Shown here one piece after another: positions 1 to 8,086 of a stretch of DNA of 64,000 nucleotides (position 1 is its first letter; each line of letters opens with the position of its first letter). The translations under genes and the position numbers were made by a program. The notes under the pieces are model-generated. The model saw nothing but the letters and a program-made list of their open reading frames with translations. It had not been told where the DNA came from and did not search any database. The DNA is taken from contig CAZNIK010000002.1 in assembly GCA_964573095.1 (NCBI GenBank), positions 135,230-199,229 of the forward strand, written 5' to 3'. This stretch comes from an uncultured Candidatus Saccharibacteria bacterium (lineage in GTDB: Bacteria; Patescibacteriota; Saccharimonadia; Saccharimonadales; 2-12-FULL-41-12).

Positions 1-1
1 A

Positions 2-220
2 ACTTCTCCGGCGACATTTCGTACTTTTTTTCAGTCGGCAATCGACAATACCATCTCTAGAATTGTGGGGGGAATAGTAAGAACCGCCATGTTGGGCATG
101 GCACTGCTTTTTGCCGTTGGCGTGATCGGCATCGGCGTTATCCGGTTCATTGTTTGGCCATTTATTCCGCTCGGGGTCGTGATACTTCCAATACTTTTTG
201 TTATCGGGGGGGTGACATAA
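2..220 (+). CDS. C-terminal fragment of a hypothetical membrane protein (gene starts left of the window)
   Basis: Frame +2 is open from the window edge to TAA 218-220. The product ends ...AMLGMALLFAVGVIGIGVIRFIVWPFIPLGVVILPILFVIGGVT*, which is two hydrophobic helices. There is no start in the window, so it is absent from the ORF track. Confidence 0.3.
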   Translation, partial: TSPATFRTFFQSAIDNTISRIVGGIVRTAMLGMALLFAVGVIGIGVIRFIVWPFIPLGVVILPILFVIGGVT

Positions 221-224
221 ATCT

Positions 225-2624
225 ATGAACCCCACATTTAATCCGCGTACTGCTCGGTCTGTTCGGGCCAAGTCTGCACAAATTCTAAACAAAAGTTGGC
301 TGAAGAACTCCTTGCGAGTGTTTTTGGCAGTAAGCGTTGCTATATCGGTATATCTGTGGATACAGGAAAGTAGTGGTGTGTGGCTCGTGCTCGGTATCGC
401 CTCGGCACTTGCGGTTATCAGTGAGTGGCAACGGGGTGATCTAGCGCACATTGCCTACGAAAAGAGGGCCTCTGCTGACGGAACGCTGGAAGTAGAGAAG
501 CTGCTCGAGCCATCGACACTCGCAAACCTTCGGACCGCTCAACCCTCTTCATACGATATTTGGGTGGCCTTGGGTGGCTCCGAAGAAAAGTTCTTCTTTC
601 AGAACCGCTTTCTTATCGATGATTCGCTTTTTGAACACCAGCTAGACAGATCACCAGACAGTGGTACCAAGATTTGGACGACGGCCTACGCTTTCCGCGA
701 AAAGTACGCACTGCCAGGAATGACAAACGCAAGCTTGTACGCATCACTTATTTTAAACATTCCAAATATTGAGCAGATTTTGCACCAGATAGAGCTTGAT
801 CCTCGTGATATTGAGACCGCCGTTGCTTGGATGCGAGATATAACCGCAAAACGTGACCTTGTAAGAAAACGCCACAATTTTGGTGGCATTGGCAGAGACT
901 GGGCTTACGGCTATACACCGATTTTGAGCTGGCTAGGACATAATATTTCCGCCGGGATACAAGGGTATGGGTTTTTTCTCGACACCCAAGCACATCAAGC
1001 CGTCGTCACGCAAATGATCCAAATTATGAGCAACAACGCTTCTACGGTCACTCTGGTGGGAGATCCCGGTGTGGGCAAAACAACCTGTGTTCATGCGTTT
1101 GCAGCCCAAATTCTCGAAGACGGGACGCTTCCCGATAATCTGCGGTATCACCAAGTGGTCCAACTCGATGCCCCAACGCTTATTGCGAACGCCAAGAATC
1201 ACGGCCAATTAGAGGAACTTATGCTTCGGTTGCTGCGCGAGGCTCAGAAGGCAAAAAATATTCTTTTATTTTTTGATGACGCTGAAGTTTTTTTTGGACA
1301 AAGAGAATCTGGTGTCGACCTTAGTCATATACTTTTGCCAATTTTAGAGTCGGGTGGAGTGCGAATTATTATGGCAATGGGCCCATCGGCGTGGCAACAA
1401 ATGAGCAGCGGGGGTATTGCCGCGCAGCTAAAACCAATTACGGTAACCCCTGCGGACGAATCTACGACACTGGCCGTTCTTCGCGATGCGATCAGCACTC
1501 TAGAATTTCGACATCATGTAGTGTACACCTATCAATCCCTGCGTGAAGCCTACAAACTTGGTAGTCGATATGGCACCAGTCAAGCGATGCCAGGCTCTGC
1601 GCTCAGCGTGCTTGACCAAGCCGCCACCGCCACCCAACAACAATTGATTACCAAAGAAGTGGTGCAAGAGTCAATCGAACAGGCATACGGGATTAAACTT
1701 CAAAAAGCCGAAGGTAGTGAATCCGCAAAGCTACTCGACCTCGAAACTGAGCTGCATAAATACGTCATTCATCAAGATCGTGCGGTTACCGTTGTCTCTG
1801 ACGCGCTCCGGCGGGCCCGAAGTGGAGTCGGTAACCCAAATCGCCCAGTTGGAACATTTCTGTTTCTTGGGCCAACTGGCGTCGGAAAGACTGAATTATC
1901 CAAAGCCCTCGCCCGGGTTTACTTTGGCGACGAAGCAGCCATTGTTCGAGTCGATATGAACCAGTATGTAGCGCCAGAAGATGTCTCGAGATTAATCCAG
2001 CCAATGTTCGGTAACGAGCTTGGTTTTTTGGGACATGTTCGAAAACAGCCCTTTAGTGTCGTGCTTCTTGACGAGATCGAAAAGGCCCATGAATCGGTAG
2101 TAAATGCCCTCTTGCAGATGCTTGACGAGGGCATTATGAAAGACAGCGACGATAAGCCCGTTTCGTTCAAAGACGCCATAATAATTGCAACCTCAAACGC
2201 TGGTGCGGATGAAATTCGCCGCCTCATTGATGCGGGAGAAAATATAGAGAAAGCCGAGTCACTTTTTGTAGAAACCTTGATAGAGCGTGGCTTATTTAAG
2301 CCAGAGCTTATTAATCGTTTCGATGAAGTTGTTGTGTTCGCCCCACTTGATCAAGCCGATTTGATAAAAGTCATTGACCTCATTATTGGTGAGATAAATA
2401 AAACACTCGACGCCCAAAAAGTACACGTAGATCTCACTGACCAGGCAAAACACTGGTTGGTAGAAAAGGGCTATGACTCAAAACTTGGCGCACGGCCAAT
2501 ACGACGCATGGCCCAAAGATATGTCGAAAACATCATTGCAAAAAAACTGTTGGACACTAGCCTCGGTTCTGGTGGTTCAATTACCCTTGACGTATCGGAT
2601 TTTGAAGCAGTTGAAACAAAATAG
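225..2624 (+). CDS. Clp/Hsp100-family double AAA+ ATPase with N-terminal membrane anchor (ClpA/B/C-like)
   Basis: 799-aa ORF with two N-terminal hydrophobic helices (LRVFLAVSVAISVYLWI, VWLVLGIASALAVI). D1 Walker A is GDPGVGKTT. D2 has Walker A GPTGVGKTE, Walker B VVLLDEIEKAH and sensor-2 GARPIRR. Confidence 0.8.
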   Translation: MNPTFNPRTARSVRAKSAQILNKSWLKNSLRVFLAVSVAISVYLWIQESSGVWLVLGIASALAVISEWQRGDLAHIAYEKRASADGTLEVEKLLEPSTLANLRTAQPSSYDIWVALGGSEEKFFFQNRFLIDDSLFEHQLDRSPDSGTKIWTTAYAFREKYALPGMTNASLYASLILNIPNIEQILHQIELDPRDIETAVAWMRDITAKRDLVRKRHNFGGIGRDWAYGYTPILSWLGHNISAGIQGYGFFLDTQAHQAVVTQMIQIMSNNASTVTLVGDPGVGKTTCVHAFAAQILEDGTLPDNLRYHQVVQLDAPTLIANAKNHGQLEELMLRLLREAQKAKNILLFFDDAEVFFGQRESGVDLSHILLPILESGGVRIIMAMGPSAWQQMSSGGIAAQLKPITVTPADESTTLAVLRDAISTLEFRHHVVYTYQSLREAYKLGSRYGTSQAMPGSALSVLDQAATATQQQLITKEVVQESIEQAYGIKLQKAEGSESAKLLDLETELHKYVIHQDRAVTVVSDALRRARSGVGNPNRPVGTFLFLGPTGVGKTELSKALARVYFGDEAAIVRVDMNQYVAPEDVSRLIQPMFGNELGFLGHVRKQPFSVVLLDEIEKAHESVVNALLQMLDEGIMKDSDDKPVSFKDAIIIATSNAGADEIRRLIDAGENIEKAESLFVETLIERGLFKPELINRFDEVVVFAPLDQADLIKVIDLIIGEINKTLDAQKVHVDLTDQAKHWLVEKGYDSKLGARPIRRMAQRYVENIIAKKLLDTSLGSGGSITLDVSDFEAVETK

Positions 2625-2626
2625 TT

Positions 2627-2716
2627 TGGCGGAAGGGGTGGGATTCGAACCCACGGTACCGTTTCCGGCACGACGGTTTTCAAGACCGTTTCCTTAAACC
2701 ACTCGGACACCCTTCC
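2627..2716 (-). tRNA. tRNA-Ser (anticodon UGA)
   Basis: 90-nt cloverleaf on the minus strand: acceptor GGAAGGG/CCCTTCC, anticodon loop CTTGAAA, long variable arm, GGTTCGAATCC T-loop, encoded CCA. Confidence 0.9.
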
Positions 2717-2777
2717 AAACATTTATTCTAGGGGTCCATTGTACCAAACAAACGTCTGTTTGTGAGATAATCTGAGC

Positions 2778-3044
2778 ATGCCCAAAAAACCACACGTGGT
2801 GAGTTACATAAAAAAAGCCCGCGAAGCAGGGAAGTCTGACACTCAGATCAAAAGCGACCTTCTCGATGCCGGCTGGCAAATAGATGTAATTAATCATGCC
2901 CTTAAGAACCACCCCCTTGAACCGCTGAACCAGCCAACCCCGACTCACTTTACAAAGTACAGCGACTGGTACACCCAACGGCGGGTTGTATACGGCTTTG
3001 GGGCAGCAATTTTCGTCGTCGTTTTGCTGGTAGTGTTTGCCTAA
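2778..3044 (+). CDS. hypothetical small tail-anchored membrane protein
   Basis: 88-aa ORF with a soluble N-terminal part and a single C-terminal TM helix (VVYGFGAAIFVVVLLVVFA). No recognisable motif. Confidence 0.45.
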   Translation: MPKKPHVVSYIKKAREAGKSDTQIKSDLLDAGWQIDVINHALKNHPLEPLNQPTPTHFTKYSDWYTQRRVVYGFGAAIFVVVLLVVFA

Positions 3045-3081
3045 TTTCTTTCACGTGGCGGTAGTTTTTATCAAAAAATCG

Positions 3082-3537
3082 CTAGACCGAAGGACCAAGC
3101 CACGATTCTGGAATCTTGTATTTGTTCACGGTTTCTTGAGGAACATCACCGTTGCCTTGATAGACTATGCTCCATTTGGTATTTTCTTTAGCGAGGATTA
3201 TTTGAGCGCCTCCCATTGCCCCGCCCGCCATTACTCTGGCCAGATTGTCTCGTTTTTCGGCGATCGAGCATTCGTTTCCTTCTTTGATCCGAGCCTTACA
3301 ATCAACCGCCAATAGTATTGCGTCATCGTCACTAATTGTTGTAGCTGACTCTCTTTTATCAGAATTACTATCGTCATCCTTGTTCCGCAATTCGCTAATT
3401 TGCTGCTCTAACCTTTCGCGATCCTTTTTGTCTTCTCCTCTCGAATAAACCAAAAACCCTGCAAGCCCCGTGACACCTATCACCACAATAATCAGCAGTA
3501 TTTCTACTGCGCCAAAACCCTTTTGATCGTGCTTCAT
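3082..3537 (-). CDS. type IV pilin-like protein (prepilin-type N-terminal signal)
   Basis: The N-terminus MKHDQKGFGAVEILLIIVVIGVTGLAGFLVY matches the class III signal: G|F cleavage motif, Glu at +5, then a hydrophobic helix. Confidence 0.7.
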   Translation of the reverse strand: MKHDQKGFGAVEILLIIVVIGVTGLAGFLVYSRGEDKKDRERLEQQISELRNKDDDSNSDKRESATTISDDDAILLAVDCKARIKEGNECSIAEKRDNLARVMAGGAMGGAQIILAKENTKWSIVYQGNGDVPQETVNKYKIPESWLGPSV

Positions 3538-3781
3538 AAAATATACCTTTACCCAATGTATTCATATCTGTAGCTTTTGGGTCTACTATTTTCAACATAA
3601 ACACCAGTACTAGGAGCTCTGGGCGTACGGTATGTGGTTGATCAACAGCCCCGTATTGCATCAACCAGCCAAATGATTGATCGTTTGGGCTTACAAGAAG
3701 CCAAACTTCACTCTAACTTAGAGTTTAGGTTTGATCACGCCTAGAGATCAATATCTTTGATTAGGTAGAAGACTTGTGAAT

Positions 3782-3858
3782 TGGTACACCCGGCAGGATT
3801 CGAACCTACGACCTTTGGCTCCGCAAGCCAACGCTCTATCCAGCTGAGCTACGGGTGC
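3782..3858 (-). tRNA. tRNA-Arg (anticodon GCG)
   Basis: Reverse complement is GCACCCGTAGCTCAGCTGGATAGAGCGTTGGCTTGCGGAGCCAAAGGTCGTAGGTTCGAATCCTGCCGGGTGTACCA. Anticodon stem is TTGGC/GCCAA and the loop TTGCGGA gives anticodon GCG. CCA is encoded. Confidence 0.9.
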
Positions 3859-3928
3859 TCGTCGACGCGATAAATATTCTCTGACGAAACAGGGGTTATT
3901 CTAGCATAAAACAGGGGTGCGCACCAGC

Positions 3929-4483
3929 CTAAAACTTTAGCTTGCGCATCAAACGATCGACTTTGCGTTCGCCTTCTTGTTCGTTGGGGAGGTGCGTGGC
4001 CAAAACGTTGAATATTTTTTGCTCGTCCTCTGGTGCATAGTACAACGAGAGCTCTGGCATAAACCTTCTAAGCGGTCGGAGATCGATGTATCCAATAGCG
4101 CCGTCTCTTAAAACGTTAAATGACTTAAAGTCGTGATACGGAAATAGTTTGCTGTCTACAGTAACTCCTCGGTCATCAATCATAAATGACCGTTGTCTTG
4201 GGGCTCGGCCCGCAATAATTGCAAACAATATTCCTGCAAGTACTAACGTCACAATAGTTACAAGGTCCTCAACAGTAACGTAAATAATTACCGAAATAAC
4301 GGTCAGTGCTGCAACTAGAGCAACGTACCATGAGGCACCTTTGGGTTTTGCAATAAATTCGGAGCCCGTCCACGAAATCGGTTCGGTGACTTTTTGTGTT
4401 TCTGGCCCCTCCGCAGATTGAGAGGTTCCAGGGTCACTTTTATATGCCCAACCTGCGCCTTGAAATTCTTCCCCGTTTGCCAT
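3929..4483 (-). CDS. hypothetical membrane protein (two TM helices plus soluble C-terminal domain)
   Basis: The ORF-track entry 3929..4810 runs antisense through tRNA-Ser, so it is trimmed to ATG 4483 (MANGEEF...). TM helices are WYVALVAALTVISVIIYV and IVTLVLAGILFAIIAG. A ~100-aa C-terminal domain might be PH-like, which is inference only. Confidence 0.5.
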   Translation of the reverse strand: MANGEEFQGAGWAYKSDPGTSQSAEGPETQKVTEPISWTGSEFIAKPKGASWYVALVAALTVISVIIYVTVEDLVTIVTLVLAGILFAIIAGRAPRQRSFMIDDRGVTVDSKLFPYHDFKSFNVLRDGAIGYIDLRPLRRFMPELSLYYAPEDEQKIFNVLATHLPNEQEGERKVDRLMRKLKF

Positions 4484-4555
4484 AATCGTATTGTAAACCG
4501 TTTCGGCACTTCCTTCTATAGGTTGTCGATCTTTGCTATAATTTACACCTGTTAC

Positions 4556-4648
4556 GGAGAGGTACCCAAGAGGCTGAAGGGGGCGGTTTGCTAAATCGCT
4601 AGGGGGGAGCAATCCCTCGCGAGGGTTCGAATCCCTCTCTCTCCGCCA
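4556..4648 (+). tRNA. tRNA-Ser (anticodon GCU)
   Basis: 93 nt: acceptor GGAGAGG, anticodon loop TTGCTAA, long variable arm, GGTTCGAATCC T-loop, encoded CCA. Confidence 0.9.
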
Positions 4649-4789
4649 AACTAAAGCTGCTCCGTTTGGGGCGCTTTTAGTTTGCAGATGTGAAGATGAT
4701 TCGAACGACAATGTCCAGTGGACATTGGCCGCCTTTAGCCCCGCGCGGGGGTCCACTTGGCAAATCTTTGCTTTTGATTTGCCGTGAAG

Positions 4790-4815
4790 TCGAATCCCTC
4801 TCTCCGCCAAACTAA
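4790..4815 (+). repeat. direct repeat of the tRNA-Ser(GCU) 3' end plus flank (att-like scar)
   Basis: tcgaatccctctctccgccaaactaa repeats 4627..4654 (tcgaatccctctctctccgccaaactaa) except for one CT unit. No matching 5' tRNA half lies upstream. Confidence 0.8.
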
Positions 4816-4874
4816 GGTGTTTGATTTGTACAGCACCTAAAACTCCTCTACAATCAAAGGCTTAACAATCAAGT

Positions 4875-4982
4875 AAATATAAAGGGTGCAGTGAGGGATC
4901 TAGCCCGTTGACCTGCCAGCAACCTGTCCTATCCAAGGATAAGGTGCTCCATCTAGACCCTCGTTGACTGGGAAAGATATTT
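4875..4982 (+). promoter_or_regulatory. SAM-I (S-box) type riboswitch aptamer
   Basis: The conserved core elements GAGGGA..GCCC..TGA..GCAACC..AGGTGC..AAAGAT occur in canonical order. The P1 candidate is AAATAT (4875-4880) paired with ATATTT (4977-4982). It lies ~80 nt upstream of a Cys/Met-metabolism PLP enzyme. Confidence 0.7.
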
Positions 4983-5010
4983 CGATAGACCCTTAAATCA
5001 ATAAGTGTTG

Positions 5011-5062
5011 TCCTTTCTTCTTCCCAGCACCATTGCGACGGAAACCAAAGAAAGGATTTTTT
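5011..5062 (+). terminator. riboswitch expression platform: terminator / SD-sequestering hairpin
   Basis: tcctttctt (5011-5019) pairs with aagaaagga (5048-5056) and is followed by T6 (5057-5062). The right arm contains the SD AAAGGA for ATG 5064. Confidence 0.5.
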
Positions 5063-5063
5063 G

Positions 5064-6218
5064 ATGTCAATAGAAGCGGGAAGAGAGCAGGTAGCGGTGC
5101 CGTGTTTTGAGTCACCAGACCAGCTACGAGCAGGGCTGCTAGCAAGGGCTGCTTTTGATGCAATCGACCTTTACCCAAGGGACGGTAGCGAAAGACTAGC
5201 CAAAACTGAAGCAGCGGTTGCCGAGATTGCAGGCGTCGAATCGAACAGTGTTGTGTTATTCAATTCGGGAATGTCTGCAATCACCACTGCCGTAGAGGTT
5301 GCACTTGCCGCTTCTGAAAATCCGAAACCGGTTCTGGCATGTGCGGAGCAAATGTATGGACAAACCTGTGGCTATGTTGAGGGTTGGCTGGTAAAAAGAG
5401 GGGTTCGGGTAGTGCGTTTTGACAGTGGTTCCACCGATCACATTAATTCGGTCTTGGAAAAACACCAACCCGATGTGTTTGTGTCCGAAACAATTGGCAA
5501 CGGCCCCGATATGCCCGTAATCGATATCGATAACCTGCTAAAAACAACCCGCGACCAGGAAAAGCCGCCAGTTCTGGTTCTCGATAACACTTTACCGCTC
5601 TCTACAGCACTTCCCTTGAGCGATAGACTAACTCCAAAGGACAAGACGATAGTTGTCGAAAGTGGTACCAAATCGTATAGTTTCAACACAGAATTATCGG
5701 GTATTGCCTACACCAAAAACTCGGATTTAGTTCACAAACTAAAGGGTCATCGACGAATGACGGGTTCGATGCCTGGACTTAGCAGCCTAAAAAATATCGC
5801 AAATCTTCTTCCTTCGTCAAAGGAGTTTTTTGACGAGCGAAACCGGCGGATCTATCAAAACACCGGCCGGCTCGCGGTTGCGCTGAGTGACATTACACAC
5901 GCAGCAAGCGATATTCTTGTTTCACATCCATCTCTCCCAACCCACGATAACTACGAATTTGCGAAAGAAACGAAGCTCGACCACGCTTCTCCTGTACTAT
6001 TCCTTCAGTGCACGGGCAATACCAGCCAGTTTGAGCTCACGCGTACGCTTTGGCAAAGTGAAGGTGTAAGAAAACACGCAAAGCTGGGACAAAGCTTTGG
6101 CTTTGATCATGCGCGAATATTTCCAGACGAGACGGCCCCGGCGGTGAGGGTGGCCCCTGGAGCTTACTCTGACATCGAAAACCTCGCACGCGAACTACGG
6201 ACCACACTTCAAAGCTAA
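5064..6218 (+). CDS. Cys/Met-metabolism PLP-dependent enzyme (cystathionine gamma-synthase/beta-lyase/O-acylhomoserine sulfhydrylase family)
   Basis: The ORF-track start is TTG 5061, and ATG 5064 is the next codon. It carries the SGMSAI motif and the PLP-lysine motif ESGTKSYSF, and it lies downstream of the SAM-I element. Confidence 0.7.
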   Translation: MSIEAGREQVAVPCFESPDQLRAGLLARAAFDAIDLYPRDGSERLAKTEAAVAEIAGVESNSVVLFNSGMSAITTAVEVALAASENPKPVLACAEQMYGQTCGYVEGWLVKRGVRVVRFDSGSTDHINSVLEKHQPDVFVSETIGNGPDMPVIDIDNLLKTTRDQEKPPVLVLDNTLPLSTALPLSDRLTPKDKTIVVESGTKSYSFNTELSGIAYTKNSDLVHKLKGHRRMTGSMPGLSSLKNIANLLPSSKEFFDERNRRIYQNTGRLAVALSDITHAASDILVSHPSLPTHDNYEFAKETKLDHASPVLFLQCTGNTSQFELTRTLWQSEGVRKHAKLGQSFGFDHARIFPDETAPAVRVAPGAYSDIENLARELRTTLQS

Positions 6219-6224
6219 CGCTTG

Positions 6225-6253
6225 TTGATAACCATATTTTGTGTTATTATATA
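6225..6253 (+). promoter_or_regulatory. sigma70-like promoter (possibly giving a leaderless mRNA)
   Basis: TTGATA (6225-6230)-N17-TATATA (6248-6253). The expected TSS falls at or within a few nt of ATG 6261. Confidence 0.4.
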
Positions 6254-6260
6254 CATAGTC

Positions 6261-6581
6261 ATGAACTTTTTTGAGGGTCAAGAGATTTTTACGCCAATTG
6301 TTTCTGGCGAGGGTGAAGTCTCGATAAAAAGAGGCCAGGTTGCGAAGACACCGAACGACCGACATCCGCAGATTCAACTCGAAGGCCAAGAACATTCGAT
6401 GACCTCGATTGATCCTTCCAAATTGTTTACTATCGAGGATATTGCGGACCTTCACGTCTTACCTGCCGAAAGCGCAGTTGATCAACAGCCGGTCGATGAA
6501 GTCCTAAAAGACCCTACAAGAAATCAAGAACTTGCCAGAGCCTTGCTCCGTGTTGGGTTTGCAAAAGCAATGGACAATTAG
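6261..6581 (+). CDS. hypothetical protein
   Basis: The ORF-track entry 6222..6581 is trimmed to ATG 6261 (MNFFEGQE...) because the promoter-like element occupies 6225-6253. No recognisable motif. Confidence 0.35.
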   Translation: MNFFEGQEIFTPIVSGEGEVSIKRGQVAKTPNDRHPQIQLEGQEHSMTSIDPSKLFTIEDIADLHVLPAESAVDQQPVDEVLKDPTRNQELARALLRVGFAKAMDN

Positions 6582-6589
6582 CGGCAAAC

Positions 6590-7267
6590 TTACGCCGTCG
6601 CAAATACTGCCGCTTCGACTTGCTTTGCGCCGCTTTTCATTAGTACCGCAGAAGCCGATTCTATGGTTGCACCAGTGGTCAACACATCATCGATCAACAA
6701 TATTTTGGCGCCCTTTATTCGCGTGGTGCTCTTTGGCTCGAAGGCATTCACCAGCTGCTCAAACCTCGTTTTTCGGTCCACCCCAACCTGGCGCGACGAG
6801 GTTCTGCGAATGAGCAGTTCCTCAAAGACCAACTTTCGCCGAAAAGCCAGTTGTTTGGCAATACATTTTGATTGATCATAACCCCGAAGACGAACCCGAC
6901 TATTTGTAGTTGGCACATATGTTACGACTGTGCCTTTTGGGAGAAGTGGTAGCGTTTCATCCAATAACCCAGCCACAATGGTGCTTGCTGACACCGCTCT
7001 TTCAAATTTCAGTTTGTATAGCAGATCTTTTGCAAGCCCGTTATACTCGGCTGCAACCCAGACGCGGAGCAAAGAAACCTTTCGTCGACAATTCGGACAC
7101 ACTTTTGACTGCTGCGTAACAGCGTGACACCGGTAACACCGCGGGGGAACTAGTCCCGTGATTCCCGTGGCACACTGTTCGCAGAGTAGTGTATCCTCCA
7201 CACCACAGCCAAGACAGTGGTGTGGCGCTAAAAGCGTAATCGCGCGTTCCAACACATTCATTCTCAC
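6590..7267 (-). CDS. comF: ComF family protein (phosphoribosyltransferase-like, competence-associated)
   Basis: N-terminal Cys clusters (CLGCG..CEQC, CYRC..CPNC) and the PRTase motif ILLIDDVLTTGATI near the C-terminus. Confidence 0.75.
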   Translation of the reverse strand: MRMNVLERAITLLAPHHCLGCGVEDTLLCEQCATGITGLVPPRCYRCHAVTQQSKVCPNCRRKVSLLRVWVAAEYNGLAKDLLYKLKFERAVSASTIVAGLLDETLPLLPKGTVVTYVPTTNSRVRLRGYDQSKCIAKQLAFRRKLVFEELLIRRTSSRQVGVDRKTRFEQLVNAFEPKSTTRIKGAKILLIDDVLTTGATIESASAVLMKSGAKQVEAAVFATA

Positions 7268-7394
7268 ATTAGCCTAAACCTTTATAAAAACCGCGGAAAC
7301 CATTTTTCAAAATATTAACACTCATAACAGATTGAGCTTTGATAGCTTTCATTAGTGTAGTAATTTTTGTGTTGTAAATATAGACGCTGGACTA

Positions 7395-7422
7395 TTGCTG
7401 TCAATTATTGATCAGCTATACT
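7395..7422 (+). promoter_or_regulatory. candidate sigma70-like promoter of hsp20
   Basis: TTGCTG (7395-7400)-N16-TATACT (7417-7422), leaving a ~80-nt 5'UTR with a hairpin at 7446-7467. Confidence 0.35.
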
Positions 7423-7510
7423 GTAACTAACATAAAAACTCCCAAGCAGTAGCAAAATTGCTAATGCAACCGATAATCAAATCAAACCAAATACCTGGAG
7501 GGTACACGTT

Positions 7511-7990
7511 ATGGCGCGACGGAACCGCGACGAAGACTTATTGATGGAAGACGAGCTCACGGCTGCTTTTTTAGGTGACGATGATCTAGTAACTGCGGAG
7601 GAGCCAAAGGAAACCGCGACTGCAACAGCCGTGGTCGAAGAGGAGTGGGACGAAGACGACGCCGTTCCAGGACAACTCGCTGTTGATGTATTTGAGACCA
7701 AAGAAAAGTTGGTTGTAAAAGCGCGAACTGCAGGAGTCAACAAGGACGAGCTGGACGTAAGCATCTCGGACAATACGCTTAGCATTCACGGAACGCTCAG
7801 CGCCGGCAACGAAGAAGGGGTAGAGAACTACTTTGTTCAAGAGTGTTACTGGGGAGAGTTCAGCAGAAGTATCGCACTACCCGTACCTGTAAAAGAAGAT
7901 GAGATCGAGGCCGTTCTAAAAGACGGTGTGCTCACAGTCAGCTTTACGAAGGTCAAACAGGATACCGTAAAGAAAATCCAAATTCAGTAA
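7511..7990 (+). CDS. hsp20: Hsp20/alpha-crystallin family small heat-shock protein
   Basis: Acidic N-terminal arm followed by an alpha-crystallin domain (AVDVFETKEKLVVKARTAGV...GVLTVSFTK). SD GGAGGG precedes the ATG. Confidence 0.85.
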   Translation: MARRNRDEDLLMEDELTAAFLGDDDLVTAEEPKETATATAVVEEEWDEDDAVPGQLAVDVFETKEKLVVKARTAGVNKDELDVSISDNTLSIHGTLSAGNEEGVENYFVQECYWGEFSRSIALPVPVKEDEIEAVLKDGVLTVSFTKVKQDTVKKIQIQ

Positions 7991-8030
7991 CTCGCGCACT
8001 TCACATCAATGGAAGCGCGCGTAGAACTAT

Positions 8031-8057
8031 AAAACTCCCGAACCAGTCGGGAGTTTT
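8031..8057. terminator. bidirectional intrinsic terminator between convergent hsp20 and the pilin operon
   Basis: aaaactcccg (8031-8040) pairs with cgggagtttt (8048-8057) across a 7-nt loop. A/T runs lie on both sides. Confidence 0.6.
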
Positions 8058-8086
8058 AGGTTTGTTTTAGAAAAATTACTGTGTAC

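Noticed and set aside
4649-4789. Possible tmRNA, second tRNA or other structured ncRNA between the two tRNA-Ser 3'-end copies
   Set aside because: There is no 5' acceptor strand (ggagag) for the second 3' end, no tRNA-like T-stem pairing, and no tmRNA-type 5' GGGG...TTCGAC or tag ORF. It is treated as an att-like scar with hairpins.
3929-4810. 293-aa ORF-track entry on the minus strand
   Set aside because: Its upstream 109 codons run antisense through tRNA-Ser(GCU) and the repeat scar, giving sequence such as ..RERDSNPREGLLPP.. that is simply a translated tRNA. Only the part from ATG 4483 is kept.
7314-7345. CIRCE-like (HrcA operator) element upstream of hsp20
   Set aside because: The left arm TTAACACTC matches TTAGCACTC at 8 of 9 positions, but the right arm after N9-10 (GAGCTTTGA) matches GAGTGCTAA at only ~5 of 9. 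That is not a convincing inverted repeat.
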